Assembly (NCBI GenBank): GCA_035642095.1
Contig: DASQTB010000136.1
Span: 1-62,034, forward strand
DNA length: 62,034 nucleotides
Reading direction: 5' to 3'
Origin: Actinomycetota bacterium
GTDB taxonomy: Bacteria > Actinomycetota > UBA4738 > CALAEC01
The position numbers and the translations under genes are program-made. The notes under the pieces are model-generated. The model saw only the letters and a program-made list of their open reading frames with translations, searched no databases and was not told the origin of the DNA. Positions 46,765 to 54,173 of this stretch are shown in pieces. Position 1 is the stretch's first letter. Every line of letters begins with the position of its first letter.

Positions 46765-47056
46765 AAAAGGCCCGAGGGACCTTCGGCTCGCCGCTGGACT
46801 CCTTCCGAGGGCGAACCCTCGTCGGCGCCACGGCCACCGTCAACCCCTCGGGCCAAGTGCTCCGAGCAACCCTTGCGGCCCTTCGAAAGTCCCGGCGGTA
46901 GCCCCTTTCGTTGGGCTTTGGGGCCTCCCGAACTTCCCCTACCGCACAGCCAGTTAGCTGTCCCGACCGTACCAGCAAGGTGCGCCCAGTTGGCCTTACG
47001 GCTTTCCCAGGGGGCCCCACTCGGGCCTCCGGTTCGCCACTCCGGCTGCTCGGAGC
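46765..47056 (-). ncRNA. candidate structured non-coding RNA of unknown family (about 290 nt)
   Basis: No credible ORF and lower GC than the flanks. There are three long-range helices: a 13-bp closing helix 47056-47044/46871-46859, a 10-bp helix 46854-46845/46778-46769 followed by UUUU, and a 7-bp helix 46945-46939/46901-46895. Local hairpins have GUAA and UUCG loops. The G.U pairs are only valid on the minus strand. Confidence 0.45.
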
Positions 47057-47063
47057 GAGGCGA

Positions 47064-47093
47064 AGACTATCGGCCGGGTGGCGGAGGCGTCAA
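47064..47093 (-). promoter_or_regulatory. candidate sigma-70-type promoter TTGACG-N18-TAGTCT for the ncRNA
   Basis: -35 TTGACG at 47093-47088 and -10 TAGTCT (TANNNT) at 47069-47064. The predicted start near G47056 coincides with the 5' end of the closing helix. Confidence 0.4.
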
Positions 47094-47197
47094 CTCGCCA
47101 AAATGCCTGCTCATCCAGTGTTTGCGCAGGTCACAGCGCACATATTTCTTGTCGAACTTCCCCGCGGTGAAGCCTCACGTGCGGACCTGCCGCGGAT

Positions 47198-48457
47198 TCA
47201 CGAAGCCCGGGCCACGTCCAGCAGATCGGGGAGCAGCTCGCCGTAGGCGTCCATCACGCCCCCAACCGTCCGTTCCCAGGAGAATTCCCGGGCCTGCCGG
47301 CGCGCTTCCCCGGAGAGCCGAGCAGCTGCCGGATCCCGCAGGATCCGGATCATGGCCCGCCCGTACGAGGCCGGATCGTGATCGCCCAGAAGGAAGCCGC
47401 TCCGGTTGTCGCGGACCACCGACCGAAGACCGCCCACCCCCGCCGCCACCACCGGAACGCCGCAGGCCTGGGCCTCCAGGGCGGCGAGACCGAACGATTC
47501 GGACCGCGAGGGAGCGACCAGGAAGTCGGCGGCCGAGTAGATCTGCGGCAGGTTCTCATGACGGATCGGTCCGAAGAACCGGACGGCCCCGGCCACGCCG
47601 AGCTCTCGGGCAAGCCGGCGGAGATCTTCGACGTAGGCCGGGCCATTCGGGCCGCTCGGACCTCCCACCACGACCAGGGTGAGGTTGCCGGCGACGTCGG
47701 GCGCCGCCCGGCGAGCCTCGGCCAAGGCCCGGATGGCCACGTCGGGCCCTTTCAGCGGCTGGAGACGGCCCACGAACAGGGCCAGGGGACCGTCGATCCC
47801 CAGCGCCCGTCTCGACGCCGCTCGCGGCCGGGGTGCGAACCACGCCGGGTCCACCCCGGGCGGGACAACCCTGATCCGGCCCCGGTCGGCCCCGTAGAGG
47901 GCGACCAGATTGTTGGACTCCTCCTCGGTGGGGGCCAGGATCAGGTCCGCCACGATAGCAGCGTCACGTTCGCCGGCCATCCGGACCACCGGCTCGGTCC
48001 GCCCGATCTCCGGGGCCAGGTTCTTGACCTCTCCCAGAGTGTGGAAGGAGGCAACGAGAGGAACCCCCCACCGGGCCTTCGCCCTGGCCCCGGCCGGCAC
48101 CGAGAGCCAGTAATGGGCGTGCACCAAGTCGTACGAGCCATATGCCTCCGCCCGGTCGACAAGGGAGTCCACGAAGCCCGGGACCAGGTCCGGAAGAGAA
48201 TCCTTGTCGACGGGCGCGCACGGCCCGGCGGGGATCTGGACGACCCGAAAGAGGGGCCCGAGGACGTCGACCTCGGGAACGCCTCGACCCGCGCATCGCG
48301 TGTAGACGTCAACCGCCACATCGCGGCCGGCCAGTCGCTCGGAGAGCTCCCGGACCTCCACGTTCATCCCCCCCGAATCGCCCGTTCCAGGCTGGTCCAA
48401 CGGTGAGGTGTGGAGGCTGATGACCGCGATCCGTGCGAGAGCCGCCCGGTCGCTCAT
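47198..48457 (-). CDS. mshA: D-inositol-3-phosphate glycosyltransferase (mycothiol biosynthesis, GT4)
   Basis: ISLHTSPLDQPGTGDSGGMNV, HAHYWLS, FVGRLQPLKGPD, PSRSESFGLAALEAQACG and PVVAAGVGGL closely match the MshA signatures. Start at ATG 48457. Confidence 0.85.
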   Translation of the reverse strand: MSDRAALARIAVISLHTSPLDQPGTGDSGGMNVEVRELSERLAGRDVAVDVYTRCAGRGVPEVDVLGPLFRVVQIPAGPCAPVDKDSLPDLVPGFVDSLVDRAEAYGSYDLVHAHYWLSVPAGARAKARWGVPLVASFHTLGEVKNLAPEIGRTEPVVRMAGERDAAIVADLILAPTEEESNNLVALYGADRGRIRVVPPGVDPAWFAPRPRAASRRALGIDGPLALFVGRLQPLKGPDVAIRALAEARRAAPDVAGNLTLVVVGGPSGPNGPAYVEDLRRLARELGVAGAVRFFGPIRHENLPQIYSAADFLVAPSRSESFGLAALEAQACGVPVVAAGVGGLRSVVRDNRSGFLLGDHDPASYGRAMIRILRDPAAARLSGEARRQAREFSWERTVGGVMDAYGELLPDLLDVARAS

Positions 48458-48552
48458 CACATCTATGGTACGGCACCCGCTCGGAGAGGCAGCCCGCAAA
48501 TCGAATGAGGAAGGCCCCGCTCCCGAACGGAGCGGGGCCTTCCGACGTGGTC

Positions 48553-48867
48553 TCAGCTGGCCTTGCGGGTGGAGCCCTTCTTCTGCTCCTCCAGGCCAAC
48601 GGCCTTCCGGAAGCTGGTCACGGCGCCCTTGAGCTGGCGGCTGGCCTGCTTTCCGCCGTCGACGGCGCGCCTGGCTGTCTTCGACCGCTGGATCCGCGTG
48701 ACCAGAGCCTCCCCGCGGCCGGCCAGCCCGTCGTACAGCTTGCCGGCGTCGGTCCGACGAGCCTTCCGACCGAAGGAGGAGGCCTTGCCGTAGAGCTCGG
48801 TGGCCTTCTCGATCGCCAGATCGCCGGTGCCCAGCACCGCGAACGGAGCCTTCTTCCACTGATCCAT
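48553..48867 (-). CDS. small HbhA-like (heparin-binding hemagglutinin N-terminal-like) basic protein
   Basis: 104 aa. KAPFAVLGTGDLAIEKATEL...GRGEALVTRIQRS resembles the HbhA family N-terminal coiled coil, and the tail is Lys-rich. Strong GGAGGTG SD. Confidence 0.6.
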   Translation of the reverse strand: MDQWKKAPFAVLGTGDLAIEKATELYGKASSFGRKARRTDAGKLYDGLAGRGEALVTRIQRSKTARRAVDGGKQASRQLKGAVTSFRKAVGLEEQKKGSTRKAS

Positions 48868-48931
48868 CTGTTTCACCTCCTTGCGAGTCACGTTGATCGC
48901 GGGAGCGTGGAGGGAGCCGGGTGAGGACTGC

Positions 48932-49351
48932 TCAGCCTGCGGACTCCACCCTCCCACGGGGTCGTTCGGGAGCCGACGCCCCGCTCTTCCGGGCCCGCCT
49001 CCGTCTGGCCCGACGGGTCTCGGTTTCCTCTCGGAAGCTCTTGTAGATCTGGGCCAGCACCTGCCTCTGTCGCTCGGTGATGGATCGGTCGGCCATGATC
49101 GCTGCCACGACGTCCTCGGCGCCCTTCCGATCATCCAGCATCCCGGCCTGCACGTAGAGGGTCTCGGCGGAGATCCGCAGCGCCTTGGCGATTCCGTTCA
49201 GGATCTCGGCGCTGGGACGGCGGAGCCCCCGCTCGATCTGGGAGAGGTAGGGGTTCGACACCCCGGCCGCCGCGGCCAGCTTGCGAAGCGACATCCCGAC
49301 CGCACTTCGCTGCTCGCGGATGAACCTCCCCACGTCTCGGACCTTCATCAT
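48932..49351 (-). CDS. XRE-family helix-turn-helix transcriptional regulator
   Basis: GMSLRKLAAAAGVSNPYLSQIERGLRRPSAEILNGIAKAL is a classic Cro/C1 HTH. It is adjacent to the hbhA-like gene, as Rv0474 is to Rv0475 in mycobacteria. Start at ATG 49351. Confidence 0.85.
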   Translation of the reverse strand: MMKVRDVGRFIREQRSAVGMSLRKLAAAAGVSNPYLSQIERGLRRPSAEILNGIAKALRISAETLYVQAGMLDDRKGAEDVVAAIMADRSITERQRQVLAQIYKSFREETETRRARRRRARKSGASAPERPRGRVESAG

Positions 49352-49380
49352 CGCCTCTGACCCTACCAGAATCTGTATAA

Positions 49381-49410
49381 CACTTGCAAGCACTTGCATA
49401 CTCTAGCAAG
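49381..49410. promoter_or_regulatory. AT-richer repeat/palindrome cluster upstream of the XRE regulator (candidate operator)
   Basis: Three 10-bp units: CACTTGCAAG, CACTTGCATA and CTCTAGCAAG. They contain the palindrome CTTGCAAG and the inverted repeat TGCAAG-CA-CTTGCA, 30-60 nt upstream of the start. Confidence 0.4.
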
Positions 49411-49432
49411 CGCGGGCGAAGGTCACCTCGGG

Positions 49433-50383
49433 TCAGGACCGCTCCAGCGAGAAGACGGGCTCCAGGTAACCGACCGGACGACCGCCACCCAGCACGGGGG
49501 GACGGGCGAAGGCGGGGACAGCGGACGGATCGAGGACCCCGAGGAGGTCGAGGACGTGGACGATCGCTGGATCTGACGCTCGCGAGGCACCGTCCTCGAC
49601 CTTGAGGGCCACGCCGATCCCCTGTTCGAGCAGGGCCGCGCACATCATCCCCTCGGCCCCCGTCTTGACGGCCACGTCCGGGGAGGCCTCCATCACCGCC
49701 GTGCAGGCCCGCTTCCGGCCGGCCACGAGGTAGGGCTGGGACCGCATGGCCGCCATGACCCGATCCGCCTGGGCCAGACGGCCCGCCGCGAGCCCGGCGT
49801 ACAGGGTGGCCATCGCTGCCAGAGGAAGGGCATGTACCGGGACGCCGCAGCCATCCACCCCGATCGACTCCGGGGCCCGGCCCGCCCCGCCCTCCACCGC
49901 GTCCAGGACGGCCCGCTGGAGGGGGTGCCCTTGCTCCCGATACCGGTCGACCTGGTATCCACGGCGAGCACACGCCAGAAGCATCCCCGCGTGCTTGCCG
50001 GAGCAGTTGTGATACTCGGGACGGGGCTCGGCCACCTTTCGGGCCGACTCGACGTCGATCGGGCGGTCCGGCGGCGTCCGCAGGTCGCCGACGGCGAGCT
50101 CACCTCGGGCCAGGATCGAGCGCACCGCCTCGAGGTGTACCGGCTCGCCATTATGCGAGGCGGCCATCACCGCGATTTGGGGATCGGGGAGGTCGTCCCC
50201 GGCCAGGTCGAGCGAGACCGCCGCCTGGAGCGGCTTCATGGAGGAGCGAGCAAACGCCACCCTGGCGGGATCACCTGCGAAGGACAGGATCCGGCCGTCT
50301 GCATCGGCCACCACCACGGATCCGAGGTGCACCGATTCCTCGACGCCCGAGCGAACCACTCGGACCAGCGGTACCGGGGGCAT
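49433..50383 (-). CDS. asparaginase (Asparaginase_II family)
   Basis: VVRSGVEESVHLGSVVVAD..., ARSSMKPLQA and NCSGKHAGML match the type II-like (plant/rhizobial) asparaginase family. Confidence 0.8.
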   Translation of the reverse strand: MPPVPLVRVVRSGVEESVHLGSVVVADADGRILSFAGDPARVAFARSSMKPLQAAVSLDLAGDDLPDPQIAVMAASHNGEPVHLEAVRSILARGELAVGDLRTPPDRPIDVESARKVAEPRPEYHNCSGKHAGMLLACARRGYQVDRYREQGHPLQRAVLDAVEGGAGRAPESIGVDGCGVPVHALPLAAMATLYAGLAAGRLAQADRVMAAMRSQPYLVAGRKRACTAVMEASPDVAVKTGAEGMMCAALLEQGIGVALKVEDGASRASDPAIVHVLDLLGVLDPSAVPAFARPPVLGGGRPVGYLEPVFSLERS

Positions 50384-50413
50384 GCCAATGACCCTAGCGG
50401 GAGCGCGCTACCG

Positions 50414-50950
50414 TCAGGAGGCGGGGTTCCCCAGCTCCGCCTTGAGGCGGCGCTTCATCTCCTCCTGGAGCGAGTCGTGAACCCCGATCACCCGCGTCCG
50501 GACGTCGGAGACCTCGCGCTCCTCCCGCTCGATGTTTCCCGCTGCGTCGTCGAGCTCCTGGTCGGAGAGGGCCTCCAGATCCGACAGCCGCGCGTCGGAC
50601 AGCAGCCGCTCGACCCGGCGTCGGGCCATGGCGATCTCGTCCTCCGGCATCGGGATCATCGGCGCCTCGCCGCGGGACGGACCCCGGCTTCCCTCCGCCA
50701 TCACCGAGACCACCCGTTCCACCACGGGCTGGGCCTCGCCGCCGGTGCGGCGGCGGTCGACCTCGTCCCGGAGCAGGTCCCGTCGACCCTGGAGGAGCCG
50801 GCGGAGGAATGACAGGTACTCGAGCTCGGCCCGGGCCAGGTCGCGACGCCGCCGGACCTCGGAGGTGTCCAACGACGCCAGGCCTTCGGTAAATCCGGCC
50901 TCCAGGACCTGATCGATCCGGCGGTTGCCGCCGGCCATCGTGTCGCTCAT
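50414..50950 (-). CDS. RsiG-like coiled-coil protein (candidate c-di-GMP-binding anti-sigma factor)
   Basis: LDTSEVRRRRDLARAELEYLSFLRRLLQGRRDLL, plus a second helix EREVSDVRTRVIGVHD. Both are near-matches to the RsiG motif E(X)3S(X)2R(X)3Q(X)3D. Confidence 0.55.
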   Translation of the reverse strand: MSDTMAGGNRRIDQVLEAGFTEGLASLDTSEVRRRRDLARAELEYLSFLRRLLQGRRDLLRDEVDRRRTGGEAQPVVERVVSVMAEGSRGPSRGEAPMIPMPEDEIAMARRRVERLLSDARLSDLEALSDQELDDAAGNIEREEREVSDVRTRVIGVHDSLQEEMKRRLKAELGNPAS

Positions 50951-51777
50951 CCGCTCCTCCTCGTGATCCCGACGATCTCCCGGGCTCGGTCGGGCGTGGC
51001 CACCTCTCGGCCGACCTCACCGGCGATCCGACTCACCCGGGCGATCAGCTCGGCGTTCGTCTCGGCCAGCCGTCCCTCCCCGTAGTAGATCGTGTCCTCG
51101 AACCCGGTGCGCACGTGGCCGCCCAGGGCCAGGGCGGCCAGCGTCACCGGCAGGTGGGTCCGGCCGATCCCCGTGGCGCTCCACGTCGCCCCGCTCGGGA
51201 GGATCGAGGCCATGTGCACCACCGCCCCGGCGGTCCCGGCCATCCCCCCGGGCACCCCGAGCACCAGGTCGAAGTGCCGGTGACGCGGCTCCGCGTCGTG
51301 CTCTTCCGTCAGCCGGCGGGCGGTCTCCACCATCCCCGTGTCGAACACCTCGAACTCGGGCTGGACACCGATTTCCCGCATCCGGAGGAAGAACCGCTCC
51401 ACCAGAGGGAACGGGTTCTCGAACACCTCGTCGCCGAAGTTGACCGTCCCGGTGGTCAGCGTGGCCATCTCCGGCTTCAGATCGAGCGGCTGGACCCGCT
51501 CCTCCTCCGTCATCCCCACCGATCCCCCGGTCGAGGTCTGGATGACGATGTCCGGCGCAGACCGCTTGATCGCGTCGACGGCCCGGGCGAAGTGGTCGCG
51601 GCTCTGCGACGGGGCCCCGTCCTCGTCGCGGACATGCAGGTGGACGATGGAGGCGCCGGCCTCCCGGCACCGGGCCACCTCCTCCGCGATCTCGTCGGCG
51701 GCGAGCGGCAGATGGGGTTGCCGCTCTCGGGTCAGCTCTCCTCCGACGGGAGCGACCGTGATCACCAGGGGGTCCAT
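50947..51777 (-). CDS. 3-keto-5-aminohexanoate cleavage enzyme family (BKACE/DUF849)
   Basis: VITVAPVGGELTRE...HLPL and ASIVHLHVRDEDG are BKACE signatures. Confidence 0.8.
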   Translation of the reverse strand: MDPLVITVAPVGGELTRERQPHLPLAADEIAEEVARCREAGASIVHLHVRDEDGAPSQSRDHFARAVDAIKRSAPDIVIQTSTGGSVGMTEEERVQPLDLKPEMATLTTGTVNFGDEVFENPFPLVERFFLRMREIGVQPEFEVFDTGMVETARRLTEEHDAEPRHRHFDLVLGVPGGMAGTAGAVVHMASILPSGATWSATGIGRTHLPVTLAALALGGHVRTGFEDTIYYGEGRLAETNAELIARVSRIAGEVGREVATPDRAREIVGITRRSG

Positions 51778-51815
51778 CCGGAGAAGGGTACCGCCTGCGG
51801 GAGACGTCCGGGGCG

Positions 51816-52892
51816 CTAGCAGACGGCGGCGACGTACGGTGTGGGGTTCACCAGGACGCCGTTCGGGTGGTACTCGAAGTGGAGATGGGGCGTTCCGGTG
51901 GCGTTCCCCGTGTCGCCGATATACCCGATCAGGGTCCCGGCGGACACGCTCCCCGAGGCGCCACTGAAGCCCTGGAGGTGGGCGTAGAAGGTGTACGTCG
52001 ATCCGTTGCTCACGTAGGCCTGGTTACCACCCAGCGAGCTCGACGAGTGGCTGACCGAGCCGGAGATGGCCGCGTACACCGGCTGCCCGTAGCTGCCCAT
52101 CATGTCGACCCCGGCGTGGGCCCGCCCGCCCGACCGAGGGGCACCGAAGGTGTCGGAGAACGAGGTTCCCGGCGCGGGACAGGCCTCCAGCCCGCCGCCT
52201 CCGCCCGTGGCCGCGATCGAAGCCGGAGCGCCACCTCCCCCTCCACTGCCGCCCGCCGCCGCAGCGGCGGCCTGCGCCGCGGCCGCCGCGGCCGCCTGCT
52301 CCGCGGCCAACTGGTCCGCCCACTTGTCGCGGATCGCTTGGGCCTCGGCCAGCCGGGACTGGACGATCTCGCTCTGGCGGCGAGCCTTCTCCAGGGCGGC
52401 CTGCTGCTCTTCCTCCAGACGACGCATCCGCTCCTGGTGGCGGCGAAGCTCCTCGGCCAGCACCGAGACCCGGGTGGCCAGGTCGGCGTCGTCCTGGGCC
52501 AGGCGGTCGAGGTAGACGAGCCGGTCCGAGAACTCGGAGAAATCCCGGGCCTCGAGCAGCAGGTCCCACGTGCTCTGGGCCCCGAGCTGGTACGTCTCCC
52601 GGGCCCGGTCGTCCAGCTGGCTCTGGAGGCTGAGGGCCCGCTCTTCGGCCCTGTCGAGCCCGGTCCGCGTGACCTCGATCTCATCGCGGGTGAGGAGCAC
52701 CGCCTCATAGGCCTCCTCGTAGGCGGCGGTGGCCCGCTGGGCCTCCGCCTCGACCTGGGCCAGCCGCCGCTTGGCCTCCTCCAGCTGCTCCTCGGTGCTC
52801 TGGGCGAAGGTGGGGTGGGCGAAGAGCCCGGCCACGAGGATCGCGGCGAGCACGGGCGTGATGTAGGGCGCCTTCCCCTTGCTGACGGTCAA
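51816..52892 (-). CDS. secreted M23-family peptidoglycan metalloendopeptidase with N-terminal coiled coil
   Basis: Signal/TM helix, a long coiled coil, an Ala/Gly linker, then HAGVDM...HLHFE (the M23 HxxxD/HxH motifs). I prefer TTG 52892 after a GGGAGGGAGG SD. Confidence 0.82.
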   Translation of the reverse strand: MTVSKGKAPYITPVLAAILVAGLFAHPTFAQSTEEQLEEAKRRLAQVEAEAQRATAAYEEAYEAVLLTRDEIEVTRTGLDRAEERALSLQSQLDDRARETYQLGAQSTWDLLLEARDFSEFSDRLVYLDRLAQDDADLATRVSVLAEELRRHQERMRRLEEEQQAALEKARRQSEIVQSRLAEAQAIRDKWADQLAAEQAAAAAAAQAAAAAAGGSGGGGGAPASIAATGGGGGLEACPAPGTSFSDTFGAPRSGGRAHAGVDMMGSYGQPVYAAISGSVSHSSSSLGGNQAYVSNGSTYTFYAHLQGFSGASGSVSAGTLIGYIGDTGNATGTPHLHFEYHPNGVLVNPTPYVAAVC

Positions 52893-53104
52893 CCGCCTCC
52901 CTCCCCGAGTCGCGGCTCGGGTACGGCTGGTGGCCTGGGCAAGTTCGGCCGGCACCCTACCAGAGCCCGATTGGAGGTTCAAGGACGCGAAGAGCCCGGC
53001 GATCCGGGCGGTCCACCTGCAGATCGTAGGCCGATCAGGGGACGCTGTTCGCGGCCCCCGGCCGCTCGGTGCGGGGAAGGGCCCGTTGTCGTACCGTCGG
53101 CCCG

Positions 53105-53596
53105 ATGAGCTCCGAGTTCGTGGTGGTCGTGGAGATCCCGACCGGGTCGCGCAACAAGTACGAGATGGATCACGAACGAGGCGTCATCGTCCTCGACCGG
53201 ATGCTGTTCACGTCGACCCACTACCCGGCCGACTACGGGTTCATCGAGGGAACCCTGGGCGAGGATGGCGACCCCCTCGACGCGCTGGTCTTCGTCGGGG
53301 AGGCCACCTTTCCGGGGTGCCGGATCCGGGCCCGGCCCGTCGGCCTGTTCCGGATGACGGACGAGAGAGGACGGGATGACAAGGTCCTGAGCGTCCCGCT
53401 CCAGGATCCGACGTGGTCGCACGTGGACGGCCTCGACGACCTCCGGCCGACGCTCCGCGCCGAAATCGAGCACTTCTTCGCGGTGTACAAGGATCTGGAG
53501 GGCGGGAAAGGAACCCACACCGAGGGGTTCCGGGACGTCGGGGAAGCGCGGCGGGTGGTAGCCGAGGCCCGCCGCCGAGCCCAGCCCGCTCGGTAG
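53105..53596 (+). CDS. ppa: inorganic pyrophosphatase (family I)
   Basis: VVVEIPTGSRNKYE, YPADYGFI and DGDPLDALV. Start at ATG 53105. Confidence 0.92.
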   Translation: MSSEFVVVVEIPTGSRNKYEMDHERGVIVLDRMLFTSTHYPADYGFIEGTLGEDGDPLDALVFVGEATFPGCRIRARPVGLFRMTDERGRDDKVLSVPLQDPTWSHVDGLDDLRPTLRAEIEHFFAVYKDLEGGKGTHTEGFRDVGEARRVVAEARRRAQPAR

Positions 53597-53756
53597 CTCT
53601 CCTGACCCATCTGACGGTGACCGCAGACCCGTCTGCCCGCAGCCGGGTGGCGTCTCGACCCGCAGGGCGACACTTTCTCCGTGCTCCCCTGCGGGAGCAC
53701 CGGCCCCCCGAGGGGCATCGACAGTGGCCCCCCCGGACGGCTAGCCTTCCCCACCG

Positions 53757-54173
53757 ATGGCGGGCGACGTTGTGGACCTCCTGGCCGGCATGGCCCTATT
53801 CGCCGATCTTCAGCGGCCACAGCTCGAGTCGGTGGCCCACACCTTCGACGAGGAGATGTTCTCCGAAGGACAGCGGATCATCCGTCAGGGCTTCCAGGGC
53901 TCGAACTTCTACGTGATCCTGGAGGGCGAGGCGGCCGTGCGGGTCGACGGCAGCGAGCTGGCCACCCTGGGCCGGGGCGACTTCTTCGGCGAGGTCTCGG
54001 TCCTCCTCGGCGAACCCCCCACGGCGGACATCGTTGCCTTGCGGTCGATGCGCTGCCTCGTCCTGGCCGGCGGCGACGTCGCCGAGTTCCTGGTCTCCCA
54101 GCCCCGGGTGATGCTCCGGATGCTCCAGGCGGAGGCCCGCCGGCTGCGGGCCACGATCGAGTGGCGCAGCTAG
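53757..54173 (+). CDS. cyclic nucleotide-binding domain protein (stand-alone cNMP domain)
   Basis: 138 aa. LFADL..., FSEGQRIIRQG and GDFFGEVSVLLGEPPTADIVA (the FGE...R/T-A phosphate-binding cassette). No HTH. Confidence 0.8.
   Translation: MAGDVVDLLAGMALFADLQRPQLESVAHTFDEEMFSEGQRIIRQGFQGSNFYVILEGEAAVRVDGSELATLGRGDFFGEVSVLLGEPPTADIVALRSMRCLVLAGGDVAEFLVSQPRVMLRMLQAEARRLRATIEWRS

Noticed and set aside
46712-47163. Assigning the structured intergenic RNA to tmRNA, RNase P RNA, SRP RNA, or a cobalamin or c-di-AMP (ydaO) riboswitch
   Set aside because: - tmRNA: GGGGAAGUUCGAC superficially resembles a tmRNA 5' end. There is no matching 3' acceptor/T-arm (GGGUUCGAnUCCC...CCACCA) and no plausible tag reading frame.
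- RNase P: the GAGGAAAGUCCGG and ACAGAACCCGGC P4 strands are absent.
- SRP: no GGAA-tetraloop helix 8.
- Cobalamin: no B12 box.
- ydaO: the decamer GACAGCUAAC recalls the ydaO 3' strand, but here it forms a local hairpin and the other ydaO blocks are missing.
52893-53104. c-di-AMP (ydaO) riboswitch in the 5' region of the M23 peptidase gene, a common actinobacterial context
   Set aside because: Only vague resemblance (GGUAGGGUG...CCGAAC...). The conserved ACAGCUAACC and GGGGA/CCA blocks are not present.
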